Origin: Chlamydiales bacterium
GTDB lineage: Bacteria; Chlamydiota; Chlamydiia; Chlamydiales; JAAKFR01
Assembly (NCBI GenBank): GCA_022601475.1
Contig: JAJACO010000155.1
Location: forward strand, 1 to 30,575
DNA length: 30,575 bases
Direction of reading: 5' to 3'
Shown here: positions 1-8,667 of the stretch, piece after piece
How the letters are laid out: each line of letters starts with the position of its first letter
Numbering within the stretch: position 1 is the first letter of the stretch
Notes under the pieces: model-generated
Seen by the model: the letters and a program-made list of their open reading frames with translations, nothing else
Database searches by the model: none
What the model was told of the DNA's origin: nothing
Translations under genes and position numbers: made by a program

Positions 1-64
1 CCACAAAGATAAGGATGTTGGCTAAAAACCGCATCCCTTTTGATTTACCAGCGTCACTGCACAT
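1..64 (-). CDS. Possible 5' end of a gene running off the left edge (MCSDAGKSKGMRFLANILIFV...)
   Basis: ATG at 64 (alternative in-frame ATG at 34) opens a frame with no stop before the window edge. The peptide becomes hydrophobic and the upstream DNA is AT-rich with a TATAAT at 72-77 on the minus strand. Too short to verify. Confidence 0.3.
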   Translation of the reverse strand, partial: MCSDAGKSKGMRFLANILIFV

Positions 65-125
65 AAGATTAATTATATAATAAAAGAAGAAACTTTAAAA
101 TAAAAAACGGATTAAAAAGAAATTT

Positions 126-198
126 TGGAGCGTGCCGGAATCGAACCGACGACCTCAACAATGCCATTGTTGCGCTCTACCAATTGAGCTAACGCCCC
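126..198 (-). tRNA. tRNA-Ala(GGC), 3' CCA not encoded
   Basis: Reverse complement GGGGCGTTAGCTCAATTGGTAGAGCGCAACAATGGCATTGTTGAGGTCGTCGGTTCGATTCCGGCACGCTCCA folds as a 73-nt cloverleaf. Anticodon stem CAACA/TGTTG with loop ATGGCAT, G3:U70 alanine identity pair, A73, T-loop GTTCGAT. Followed by AAATT rather than CCA. Confidence 0.97.
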
Positions 199-211
199 AA
201 AAACGTCTCGC

Positions 212-241
212 AACATACCATTTTTTTAGGTTTTTACGCAA
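212..241 (-). promoter_or_regulatory. Putative sigma70/sigma66-type promoter for tRNA-Ala
   Basis: Minus strand TTGCGT (241-236), 18-nt A-rich spacer, TATGTT (217-212), ending 13 nt before the tRNA 5' end. Pattern match only. Confidence 0.5.
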
Positions 242-262
242 ATTAATGCGATCTGGTACAGT
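234..262 (+). promoter_or_regulatory. Putative promoter for the aspC-mreC-nnr unit
   Basis: TTACGC (234-239), N17, TACAGT (257-262) preceded by TGn. RBS GAGGT at 278-282 before ATG 286. The -35 overlaps the divergent tRNA -35. Confidence 0.4.
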
Positions 263-285
263 TCTAGAATATTTTATGAGGTGGT

Positions 286-1479
286 ATGAATTTTTTTGAA
301 AAAGTAGAGCTGGCTCCAGCAGATGCAATTTTTGGTTTAATGCGCACATTTATCAACGATGAGCGTAAAAATAAGGTGAATCTCATTGCGGGCGTCTATC
401 GTACCGAAGAGTTAAAGCCTTTGATATTAGATTGTGTGAAAGAGGCTGAGCAGAGGCTTTTGCTTTCTGAAAGGAGTAAAGATTATTTGCCGATCGACGG
501 GCTGGGTGACTATACTCGATTGACTGAGGACCTTGTGTTTGGTCATCAAGCCCCCCATATATATGGTGCTCAAACTGTGGGGGGCACAGCGGCATTGAGA
601 GTGGGAGGACGGTTTCTCAAGGAACAGGGTTTTTCTAAAATCTATTTATCGGATCCCACTTGGGACAATCACACGCGCATTTTTCAGGCTGCTGGATTAG
701 AGTTAGCGAGTTATCCTTATTTCAATAGGAAAACCAATGGTTTAGATTTTGAAGGAATGGTGAGAGCAATGGATCAAATGGAGGAGCGCTCTGTCATTTT
801 ATTGCACGCCTGTTGTCACAATCCTTCCGGATGGGATCCCACCCTTGATCAGTGGCAGTTACTTTTATCAAAAATTCAGGAGAAAAAGCTCTTTCCCTTT
901 TTTGATTTTGCATATCAAGGTTTTGGAGAATCAATAGAGAAAGATGCTGCAGCTGTGCGTCTTTTTGAACAAGCAGGTAGCGAGTGCGCTGTTGCAGTGT
1001 CTCATTCCAAAAATTTTGGGCTGTATGCAGAAAGATGCGGAGCTCTGTTTTTTGTGACGCGTGATGCGCAGGCGATGCAGCGAGTGGGATCGTGTGTCAA
1101 GGTACTCATTCGCGGAATGTATTCTAATCCTCCTGTCCATGGAGCGCAGATTGTTACTCAGATTTTACAAGAGGCGGCTTTGCGCAAGCAGTGGGAAGAG
1201 GAATTGGGGAGAATGCGTTTGCGCATTTGTCGTATGCGTACAGAGCTTAGCGCGTCCCTAAAGGCTGCGCTTGGGTCGGATCATTTCGATTTTCTAAATT
1301 TGCAGAAAGGAATGTTCTCTTATACAGGTTTAAATTCGCAGCAGGTGCACCAACTTGTCGAGAAATATTCTATTTATTTGGCGCATGATGGGAGAATGAA
1401 TGTTGCAGGTTTAAATCCAGATAATTTAGGTTGTGTGGTAGAATCTATTTCACAACTCATTCAAGCGCATGCGCCCTAG
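286..1479 (+). CDS. aspC: Aspartate/aromatic amino acid aminotransferase (class I, PLP-dependent)
   Basis: Family motifs APADAIFGL, GAQTVGGTAALR, HACCHNPSG, DFAYQGF, PLP lysine SHSKNFGLYAER, GRMNVAG; 397 aa. Confidence 0.95.
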   Translation: MNFFEKVELAPADAIFGLMRTFINDERKNKVNLIAGVYRTEELKPLILDCVKEAEQRLLLSERSKDYLPIDGLGDYTRLTEDLVFGHQAPHIYGAQTVGGTAALRVGGRFLKEQGFSKIYLSDPTWDNHTRIFQAAGLELASYPYFNRKTNGLDFEGMVRAMDQMEERSVILLHACCHNPSGWDPTLDQWQLLLSKIQEKKLFPFFDFAYQGFGESIEKDAAAVRLFEQAGSECAVAVSHSKNFGLYAERCGALFFVTRDAQAMQRVGSCVKVLIRGMYSNPPVHGAQIVTQILQEAALRKQWEEELGRMRLRICRMRTELSASLKAALGSDHFDFLNLQKGMFSYTGLNSQQVHQLVEKYSIYLAHDGRMNVAGLNPDNLGCVVESISQLIQAHAP

Positions 1480-2578
1480 AGCCTATAAAAAATATCTCGT
1501 TGTTGCAGCCACTCTGTTTATTCTTGTCTCGCTACCCGGTTTTTTGATTGAAGGGGTGCGAGCAAAAGTTGTGCGTCTATTTTGTTTTTCTTGGAAGATG
1601 GCTAGTTGCATGCAATCTCAAGAGGAGATCGAAATCTCTCAGATTGAGGGAGAAAATCATCTTTTGCGCATTGAGATTGGAAAATTAAGAGCTTTGCTTG
1701 AACAATCGGTCAAGAATAATAAATTTAAAGAAGAGTTATCTAATCTTTCTCCTCGTCGCTCTGAGGAGGTAGAATATCTCGCTGCGTTGCACGCGCGCTC
1801 TGTTCCCGCGCGGGTGATTTATCGCGACCCTTCGAGTTTTTCAAGTTCCATGTGGATCAACGTGGGCGAGGAGACAAATCGAAAACTCAATCAACGCATT
1901 ATTCAAAAAAATAGCCCTGTTATTTTGGGGCGCGGTGTGGTTGGAGTGATTGACTTTGTGGGCAAAAAGCAGTCGCGGGTGCGTTTAATTACAGATGTCG
2001 CGGTCAAACCTTCTGTGCGTGCAGTGCGTGGCCATCCACAAAATATAGCATTGATTGAATCGATAGATCCTATGTTACGCCACTTGAGTAGTCGAAAAGA
2101 CCTTCCTTTATCAAATGATGAGCAAATAGCGCTTAAGCAAAGCTTGGAACAGCTCAAAGAGAAAATTGGCGAGGGGGGCGAAGCGTGGTATCTTGCCAAG
2201 GGGGTTTTACAAGGTGTCGGAACACCGCTTTGGCGCAATATGAATCACACCTTGCGCGGAGTGGGATTCAACTACGATGTCCCCGATGAGGAGGGGCCTG
2301 CCAGAGAGCTTCTGTCCGGCAAAGCGATCGCAAGCTCTGTTCGAACAGTGCCCATTGTGGAGGTGCAAGATCTTCTGATCACAACGGGAATGGACGGTAT
2401 TTTTCCTCCCGGGCTTCAAGTGGCAGAGATCACAAAAATTTTCCCTTTAAAAGAAGGAGCGTATACCTATGAAATTGAAGCTACTCCGATTTTGGGGAAT
2501 TTGGACTCGTTACAAACGGTGTTCATTTTACCTGCGCTTGGTTACGATGAAACAGAACAACCCCGGTTAAAAATATGA
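1469..2578 (+). CDS. mreC: Rod shape-determining protein MreC
   Basis: N-terminal TM helix and coiled coil, then ARVIYRDP...WINVG, NSPVILGRGVVGVI...SRVRLITD, and C-terminal DLLITTGMDGIFPPGLQVAEI, all characteristic of MreC. Confidence 0.85.
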   Translation: MRPRAYKKYLVVAATLFILVSLPGFLIEGVRAKVVRLFCFSWKMASCMQSQEEIEISQIEGENHLLRIEIGKLRALLEQSVKNNKFKEELSNLSPRRSEEVEYLAALHARSVPARVIYRDPSSFSSSMWINVGEETNRKLNQRIIQKNSPVILGRGVVGVIDFVGKKQSRVRLITDVAVKPSVRAVRGHPQNIALIESIDPMLRHLSSRKDLPLSNDEQIALKQSLEQLKEKIGEGGEAWYLAKGVLQGVGTPLWRNMNHTLRGVGFNYDVPDEEGPARELLSGKAIASSVRTVPIVEVQDLLITTGMDGIFPPGLQVAEITKIFPLKEGAYTYEIEATPILGNLDSLQTVFILPALGYDETEQPRLKI

Positions 2579-4101
2579 AAATAGTGAAAGCTCAAGAGAT
2601 GTCCCGTATCGAAAAACTGGCGTATGCCGCGGGAGCAAAAGAAGAAGACTTTATGCTGCAGGCAGGTGAAGGGGTGGCAGAACTTGTGCAGCGGGTGATT
2701 GCCATGCGTCATCTCAAACCTAAAATTCTTTTATTGTGCGGTGGTGGCAATAATGCGGGTGATGCGTATGTCGCAGGCAAAATTTTGCGCGATGGCGGAT
2801 TTGAAGTGGACGCTTTTGCGCTTGTTTCTTTTGAAAAAAGCAGCCCCTTATGTCGGGCTCAGAGCAAACATTTTATTGCAGAGGGGGGGTCGGTAACCTA
2901 CATTCACGCTGCATCGGAGCTTGTGTTTGGAGAGGCTGAGATTATCGTCGATGGCATTTTAGGAACAGGGTTCCACGGGGAAATTGAAGGTGTGTATAGC
3001 GCTGTCATTGAAAAAGCAAATGCTTCTTGTTTGCCCATTGTGTCCATTGATATCCCTTCGGGCATCAACGGAACAACAGGAGAAAAAGGATCGGTTGCGA
3101 TTAGGGCGTGTGACACGCTGTTTTTAGGTTTGCCTAAAACAGGCTGTTTGATGGGAGAGGTGTGGAGTGATATGGGGAACGTGCACGTATATGATTTCGG
3201 ACTAGACCCTATTTTTGTGGATCAAGCAGATCCCGACGGCTATTTAATCGATGAGGCAAGAGTCGCTCAGCTTTTGCCTACGATTGAACGGACGCGCCAT
3301 AAATATCAGGCGGGATATGTTGTAGGTTTAGGTGGGTCATCCGGGATGCCTGGAGCTCCTATTATGGCAGGCTATACAGCTTTGCGTGCGGGAGCTGGCA
3401 TTGTTCGATTATTGCACCCGGAAGGGATGGAAGCAGAGCTTGCCTCTGCACCGTATGAAGTGATTCGCCAAAGTTATCGGAGTGGAGATGTACAAACGAT
3501 TTTAGAAGCGATGGAGCGAGCGGCCGCTGTGTTTATTGGTCCTGGCATCGGTACTTCTTCTCACGCCTTTAAACTGCTTAAAAAGCTTTTACCCGAGTTG
3601 CAAAAACCGTGCGTGATCGATGCAGAAGCGCTTTTCTTTTTAGCTTCTCAACCAACAGCTCTGCCTCCACAAACGATTTTAACACCTCATGCCGGAGAGA
3701 TGAAACGTCTTTTAAATATTACAGCAGGTATTTCTCTTGCAGAGCTGCTTAAAAAAAGTGGAGACTATGCCAAAGAGAAAAAAATCACACTTGTGCTTAA
3801 GGGGGCGCCCACCTTTATTTTTCACCACGACCATCCTCCCTTTATTTGTGCAAAAGGAGATCCAGGAATGGCAACAGCGGGGAGTGGTGATGTGCTTACA
3901 GGTGTGATTGCTGCGTTTTTGGCGCAAACACACGACCCTTTAAAAGCGGCAATTTTAGGAGTGTATTTCCATGCAGTGGCTGGAGAGTATGCAGCAGAAG
4001 AGTACACTTCTTATTGCATGACAGCTACAGACATTACAGAATCCTTGCCGCTTGTTTTTGAGCAGTTCCAAAGCTTTGAATCAAATACGCACCCAGCTTA
4101 A
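2575..4101 (+). CDS. nnr: Bifunctional NAD(P)H-hydrate epimerase/dehydratase (YjeF_N plus carbohydrate-kinase-like domain)
   Basis: LCGGGNNAGD, DGILGTG, SIDIPSG, HKYQAG, ALRAGAG, IGPGIG, VIDAEAL, LTPHAGEM, VLKG, GMATAGSGDVLTG. Confidence 0.95.
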   Translation: MKIVKAQEMSRIEKLAYAAGAKEEDFMLQAGEGVAELVQRVIAMRHLKPKILLLCGGGNNAGDAYVAGKILRDGGFEVDAFALVSFEKSSPLCRAQSKHFIAEGGSVTYIHAASELVFGEAEIIVDGILGTGFHGEIEGVYSAVIEKANASCLPIVSIDIPSGINGTTGEKGSVAIRACDTLFLGLPKTGCLMGEVWSDMGNVHVYDFGLDPIFVDQADPDGYLIDEARVAQLLPTIERTRHKYQAGYVVGLGGSSGMPGAPIMAGYTALRAGAGIVRLLHPEGMEAELASAPYEVIRQSYRSGDVQTILEAMERAAAVFIGPGIGTSSHAFKLLKKLLPELQKPCVIDAEALFFLASQPTALPPQTILTPHAGEMKRLLNITAGISLAELLKKSGDYAKEKKITLVLKGAPTFIFHHDHPPFICAKGDPGMATAGSGDVLTGVIAAFLAQTHDPLKAAILGVYFHAVAGEYAAEEYTSYCMTATDITESLPLVFEQFQSFESNTHPA

Positions 4102-4109
4102 AGCTGGGT
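4091..4109. repeat. Perfect 9-bp palindrome overlapping the nnr stop codon
   Basis: ACCCAGCTT-A-AAGCTGGGT. No U-tract on either strand, so not a classical intrinsic terminator. Confidence 0.8.
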
Positions 4110-4238
4110 ACGCTCGCATCGACATCAAGCATCAAACATAGGTCGTGCAAGCAGAATCAATCACCTACTACTCATAAATGTAAAGATAGAAATATCAATA
4201 GAATCAATTGCTTAACTCCTGTAGATACAGGGACGTAT

Positions 4239-4850
4239 ATGAGTGGTCTTTTTATTGGGATGCCTTGTTTTTTTAGACAACTGGATACAGATGGCCGCTG
4301 TCAAAGCTTTACACAGACTTCTCAAAATGATTGGGTTTACTGTTTAGAACTTCTGCAGCCCGATACAATGGCTGTTGTAACCGGAAGTGAGCTCAGCTTG
4401 TTTTCTCCTCCCAACAATAGAGGCAGATGGACGCAAGGACTCCCTCTAATCAGAGAAGAAGGGACAAGAAATTCGAAGCAAAGACCTCATATTTCATCTA
4501 TTTGTAATTTAGGAAATAACAAAATAGTCTTAGCAGACTTCTGTGGAAAGATAAAAACAGTCGATTATTTTACAGGAAATATAGAGAGCGTTTATGACGA
4601 ACATGTGGGACGTGCATGGAAAGTTGTGAAAATCGAAGAGAAACTATTTGCAAGTTGTGCAGATGACGGCAGTATAAAAATATGGGACATTCGAGCAGAT
4701 AAGAGTGTGCTGACGTTTTCAGGCTTTCCTGGGCGTGTTTCTAATCTTCTGTATCTTGATGATCAACAGGTTCTTGTAGCGGGATCCTGTCCCGATGATA
4801 TCCGAAGAGCTGTTGATAAAGCGCAGTTAGATTTCATAGAAATCAGGTAG
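4239..4850 (+). CDS. WD40-repeat (beta-propeller) protein, probably a 5'-truncated remnant
   Basis: Clear WD40 repeat EHVGRAWKVVKIEEKLFASCADDGSIKIWDIR, plus GFPGRVSNLLYL...LVAGS. The frame stays open upstream to 4080 with no ATG and encodes a further WD-like segment. AT-rich (17/60 G+C at 4501-4560). Confidence 0.7.
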   Translation: MSGLFIGMPCFFRQLDTDGRCQSFTQTSQNDWVYCLELLQPDTMAVVTGSELSLFSPPNNRGRWTQGLPLIREEGTRNSKQRPHISSICNLGNNKIVLADFCGKIKTVDYFTGNIESVYDEHVGRAWKVVKIEEKLFASCADDGSIKIWDIRADKSVLTFSGFPGRVSNLLYLDDQQVLVAGSCPDDIRRAVDKAQLDFIEIR

Positions 4851-4932
4851 GTATGGACTGCTGGTGTCAATTTAAAAATAAGGGATTTATAGATCTTGCT
4901 TTAAGCTTCTGCAAGAATGCGATTGAACTGAT

Positions 4933-5248
4933 CTACTAACAGGATGGGCAGGATCCGCCTGACGGCGGGCAAGATAGGCAGTGAGGATTATACCCATTAT
5001 GAAGAAACTGCGTTTGCCTGAAAGGCGATAGTGAACAAAGAGAATTCTTCTTCTGAAAAAGGACTCTTTTTAAGAGAAATCCAAACAAATTCCCTTTTTC
5101 AGAAGAAGAATTCTCTTTGTTCATGGTGTCGCTTACGCGACATAAACGCAGTCTACCACCTTTATTGAACAAAGCTTGAGATTAAAAAATCATTTTATCC
5201 TGCCTATCCTGCCCACCGTTAGGTGGATTTTGCCTATCATGTTAGTAG
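4933..5248. repeat. Nested palindromic element: 49-bp imperfect terminal inverted repeats around a four-way junction with a perfect 31-bp stem
   Basis: 4933-4981 versus the reverse complement of 5200-5248: 41/49 identical. 5032-5062 is the exact reverse complement of 5093-5123. 5007-5015 pairs with 5144-5152. Mini-hairpins at 5016-5026 and 5127-5142. Confidence 0.92.
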
Positions 5249-5328
5249 AATCATCGGATGGAGATTTTAGAGAAAAAATTTATTTGCGTGCTCTTAGATT
5301 GACACCATTGAGGCATGGACTGTTTGTT

Positions 5329-6285
5329 TTAACTCAGATTGCGTTTGTACCATTCCACGAAGTGCCCTAGACCTGTTTCTAGATCGGTGACGGGGTTATA
5401 TCCCAATGCGCGTTGAGTCTCTTCAATATCGGCAAATGTTGTTTCAACCTCTCCTGCGCTTGCCCCTTTAAGCACAATCTCTGCTTTTTTATGGAGTAGC
5501 TTTTCGAGTATAGCTACAAATTCTAAAAGAGGAACAGGTTGATGGTTGCCTAAATTGAAAAGCGCATACTCTGTTTGATAATCAAGCGCCGCTAAAATGC
5601 CCTGCACCACATCTGCGATATAGGTGAAGTCACGTTGCATTTTACCCTGGTTAAATAAATGGAGTGGTTTGCCCTCCAAAATTGCCTTTGTAAATGAGTA
5701 ATACGCCATGTCGGGTCGTCCCCACGGGCCATACACGGTAAAAAAGCGTAGTCCAACAGAAGAAATGCCATAAAGATGCTGATAGGTATAAGCCATCAGC
5801 TCGTTTGCTTTTTTTGTTGCCGCATATAGGTTCGCAGGCTTGTCTGTCCGATCAGCAACAGCAAATGGAATTTTTGTGTTTCGTCCATACACAGAAGAGG
5901 AAGAGGCGTAGACAAGCTTGATGTGCGAAAAATGACGCAAAGTTTCTAAAAGAGATAAAAATCCTTCAATATTGCTCGCTATATAAGCCTCGGGATTTTC
6001 TCGCGCATAGCGCACTCCAGCTTGTGCAGCTAAGTTAAGCACATGAGTGAAAGGGTGTTTTTCAAAGAGTTTCCCCAGCCCCAGGCGGTCATTGAGATCA
6101 AGAGAGACAATTTCGATTCCTTTATCTCTTAGGTGCTGAGCTCTTTTATTTTTAAGTTCTACAGAATAATACGCATTAAAATTATCTAAGCCAATCACGG
6201 TATGCCCTTGCGCTTTGAGTTCAAGAGCTGTGTGAAAACCAATAAATCCAGCGGCACCTGTAATGAGAACAGTTTTTTTTGTCAT
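5329..6285 (-). CDS. UDP-glucuronate 4-epimerase (extended SDR)
   Basis: [18 protein letters not shown]-like [60 protein letters not shown]. Confidence 0.88.
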   Translation of the reverse strand: MTKKTVLITGAAGFIGFHTALELKAQGHTVIGLDNFNAYYSVELKNKRAQHLRDKGIEIVSLDLNDRLGLGKLFEKHPFTHVLNLAAQAGVRYARENPEAYIASNIEGFLSLLETLRHFSHIKLVYASSSSVYGRNTKIPFAVADRTDKPANLYAATKKANELMAYTYQHLYGISSVGLRFFTVYGPWGRPDMAYYSFTKAILEGKPLHLFNQGKMQRDFTYIADVVQGILAALDYQTEYALFNLGNHQPVPLLEFVAILEKLLHKKAEIVLKGASAGEVETTFADIEETQRALGYNPVTDLETGLGHFVEWYKRNLS

Positions 6286-7223
6286 ACGGTCAAAAAGAGT
6301 TTTTTAAAGTAGGCGATGGTTGTTTTAAGCCCCTCTTCTAAGGGGATTGTTGGGTGCCAGTTGAGTATTTTTTGTGCGAGGGTAATATCTGGTTTGCGTT
6401 GTTTGGGATCATCGCTAGGCAAAGGAGAGTGCACAAGTTGTGATTGAGATTGGGTGATGTCAAGAATAAGATTTGCCAATTCAAGCATTGTAAATTCTAT
6501 AGGATTTCCCAGATTAATAGGACCTGTTGTCTCAGACTCCATGAGCTTGATGAGTCCATCGACAAGATCTGAGACAAAACAAAAGGAGCGTGTTTGCGTC
6601 CCTTTTCCATAAATTGTGAGAGGGTGGTTGTGAAGAGCTTGAACGATGAAGTTAGAAACCACCCGTCCATCATTGGGATGCATATGCGGGCCGTAAGTAT
6701 TAAAGATGCGAGCCGCTCGGATGGGGACATGGTATTGGCGGTGGTAATCAAAAAAAAGAGTTTCAGCGCATCTTTTTCCCTCATCGTAACAAGCGCGAAT
6801 CCCAATGGGGTTGACATGCCCCCAGTACGTTTCTACTTGAGGGTGGACAAGAGGATCGCCGTATACCTCGCTTGTGGAGGCTTGTAAAATTTTTGCATTG
6901 TGCTTTTTGGCAAGTTCGAGTAGTTGAATCGCTCCAATGACTGATGTTTTGGTTGTTTGGACCGGGTCATTTTGGTAGTGAACAGGAGAGGCCGGGCAGG
7001 CGAGGTTGTAGATTTCATCCACCTCTAGATGAAGCTGTGTGCAAATGTCCTGTTCAATCAGTTCAACCCGAGGATCTAGATGGGCGCGCGATCCTGTATA
7101 AAAATTATCTACACAATAAACTGCATGCCCTTGTTCTAGCAACGCATGGCAGAGGTGAGAGCCTACAAATCCCGCTCCACCGGTTACAATAATTTTTTTG
7201 ATTTTCATGACGCTCTTGCTCAT
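6282..7223 (-). CDS. uxs: UDP-glucuronate decarboxylase (UDP-xylose synthase); alternative start at 7208
   Basis: [70 protein letters not shown]. Confidence 0.92.
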   Translation of the reverse strand: MSKSVMKIKKIIVTGGAGFVGSHLCHALLEQGHAVYCVDNFYTGSRAHLDPRVELIEQDICTQLHLEVDEIYNLACPASPVHYQNDPVQTTKTSVIGAIQLLELAKKHNAKILQASTSEVYGDPLVHPQVETYWGHVNPIGIRACYDEGKRCAETLFFDYHRQYHVPIRAARIFNTYGPHMHPNDGRVVSNFIVQALHNHPLTIYGKGTQTRSFCFVSDLVDGLIKLMESETTGPINLGNPIEFTMLELANLILDITQSQSQLVHSPLPSDDPKQRKPDITLAQKILNWHPTIPLEEGLKTTIAYFKKLFLTV

Positions 7224-7243
7224 TTCAGCGACATCTGTATAAT
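7216..7243 (+). promoter_or_regulatory. Putative promoter for ugd (and the downstream Wzy-like gene)
   Basis: TTGCTC (7216-7221), N16, perfect TATAAT (7238-7243), 38 nt before ATG 7282. Confidence 0.5.
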
Positions 7244-7281
7244 CGATCCCTCTCTAAAAAAGCAATGGGTTGTGGTGCTAT

Positions 7282-8637
7282 ATGAAGATTTTGGTTGTGG
7301 GAACGGGGTATGTAGGGCTTGTCACAGGCGCCTGTTTTGCAGAAATGGGGCATCAGGTCATTTGTCTTGATATCGATCAAAAAAAAATCCTTAAACTTAA
7401 AGAGGGGATCATTCCCATTTTTGAGCCGGGTCTAGAGGAGCTTGTTAAGCGTAATGTGGAAGAGGGACGCCTTGAGTTCTCAACAGATTATGCGTATGGA
7501 GTGGCCCATGCTCTTTTTTGTTTTATCGCTGTTCCTACACCTGCAGATGAAGATGGCTCTGCGGATTTGACTTACCTAAAAAAAGCAGCCTCTCAAATCG
7601 CCGAGCAGATGGATGGGTACAAAATTATTATTAATAAGTCCACCGTTCCTGTGGGATCTGCTCAAGTTGTCAAAACTGTCATTGCTCAAGAGTTAGAGGC
7701 AAGGGGGATCTCGTATGAGTTCGATGTGGTTTCTAACCCCGAGTTTTTAAAAGAAGGGGATGCCATTGTAGACTTTATGAAGCCCGATCGCATTGTGATT
7801 GGGACAGAAAATCCTCGCGTAGAAGCGTTGATGGAGGAGCTGTACGCCCCCTTTAATCTCAATCACGATCGCATTTTATTTATGGATCCTTGCTCCGCAG
7901 AGATGACAAAGTATGCAGCTAATTCGATGTTAGCTGCGCGCATTTCATTTATGAATGAGGTGGCTCAAATCTGTGAGCAGGTGGGAGCGGATGTCCGTTT
8001 AGTGCGTAAGGGCATGGGCTCTGATTCTCGCATTGGGCACGCCTTTTTATACGCTGGCATGGGGTATGGAGGATCGTGCTTTCCAAAAGATATCAAAGCT
8101 CTGCGTGCAACAGGGAGAGAAAATCAATGCGCCACACCTCTTCTAGATGCTGTAGATGCCGTTAATTACACCCAAAAAGAGCGTTTGGGAGATAAGATAA
8201 CTGCTTATTTCTCGAAAAAAGGGGGGCTTGAGGGCAAAACAGTGGCCATTTGGGGTTTGAGCTTTAAGCCCGGCACCGATGATATGCGCGAAGCGCCCGC
8301 TCTTGTGTTAATTCGTCAATTATTAGAGGAGGGAGCTTTTGTCCGTCTTTATGACCCTGTCGCAATGCCAAATGCGCGCCAGTTGCTAAAAAAATCACCC
8401 CAAATCACCTTTTGTCGCAACCCTTTTGAAACGTGTAAGGGAGCGCATGCCATCGCACTTGTCACAGAATGGAAGCAATTTCGATTTATCGACTTCAACA
8501 AGGCGCTTCCTCTGCTCGAAGAAAAAGCCTTTTTTGATGGGCGCAATCAATATACTGCAAAAAGCATGGAAGCTTTGGGTTTTGATTATTTTAGTATTGG
8601 ACAGCCAGAAAAAAAATTGCAACTTGTCCTTTCATGA
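7282..8637 (+). CDS. ugd: UDP-glucose 6-dehydrogenase (start set at ATG 7282)
   Basis: MKILVVGTGYVG, IAVPTP, NKSTVPVG, SNPEFLKEG, AEMTKYAAN, catalytic GYGGSCFPKD, GLSFKPGTDDMRE, FFDGRN. Confidence 0.96.
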   Translation: MKILVVGTGYVGLVTGACFAEMGHQVICLDIDQKKILKLKEGIIPIFEPGLEELVKRNVEEGRLEFSTDYAYGVAHALFCFIAVPTPADEDGSADLTYLKKAASQIAEQMDGYKIIINKSTVPVGSAQVVKTVIAQELEARGISYEFDVVSNPEFLKEGDAIVDFMKPDRIVIGTENPRVEALMEELYAPFNLNHDRILFMDPCSAEMTKYAANSMLAARISFMNEVAQICEQVGADVRLVRKGMGSDSRIGHAFLYAGMGYGGSCFPKDIKALRATGRENQCATPLLDAVDAVNYTQKERLGDKITAYFSKKGGLEGKTVAIWGLSFKPGTDDMREAPALVLIRQLLEEGAFVRLYDPVAMPNARQLLKKSPQITFCRNPFETCKGAHAIALVTEWKQFRFIDFNKALPLLEEKAFFDGRNQYTAKSMEALGFDYFSIGQPEKKLQLVLS

Positions 8638-8667
8638 AAGCGCTACAACTTAATTTACTATAAGAGT

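Noticed and set aside
126-198. tRNA-Ala as the integration site of the glycan locus
   Set aside because: The tRNA 3' end points away from the locus, no duplicated tRNA end or integrase was seen, and housekeeping genes intervene.
155-349. 64-aa minus-strand ORF
   Set aside because: It overlaps the tRNA-Ala gene and the antisense of the aspC start; not protein-like.
4091-4109. Rho-independent terminator for nnr
   Set aside because: The hairpin is real but has a very small loop and no U-tract on either strand.
4933-5248. Calling the element a CRISPR array, integron attC site or retron
   Set aside because: No repeat-spacer periodicity. At 316 bp it is far beyond typical attC size and the cores deviate from RYYYAAC/GTTRRRY. 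No RT or integrase in the window. Kept only as analogies.
5289-5294. Perfect TTGACA hexamer
   Set aside because: No -10 box at the right spacing, and it points into the 3' end of a convergent gene.
4936-5370. ORFs 4936-5172 (minus) and 5176-5370 (plus)
   Set aside because: They are translations of the palindromic element; no RBS and no recognisable domain.
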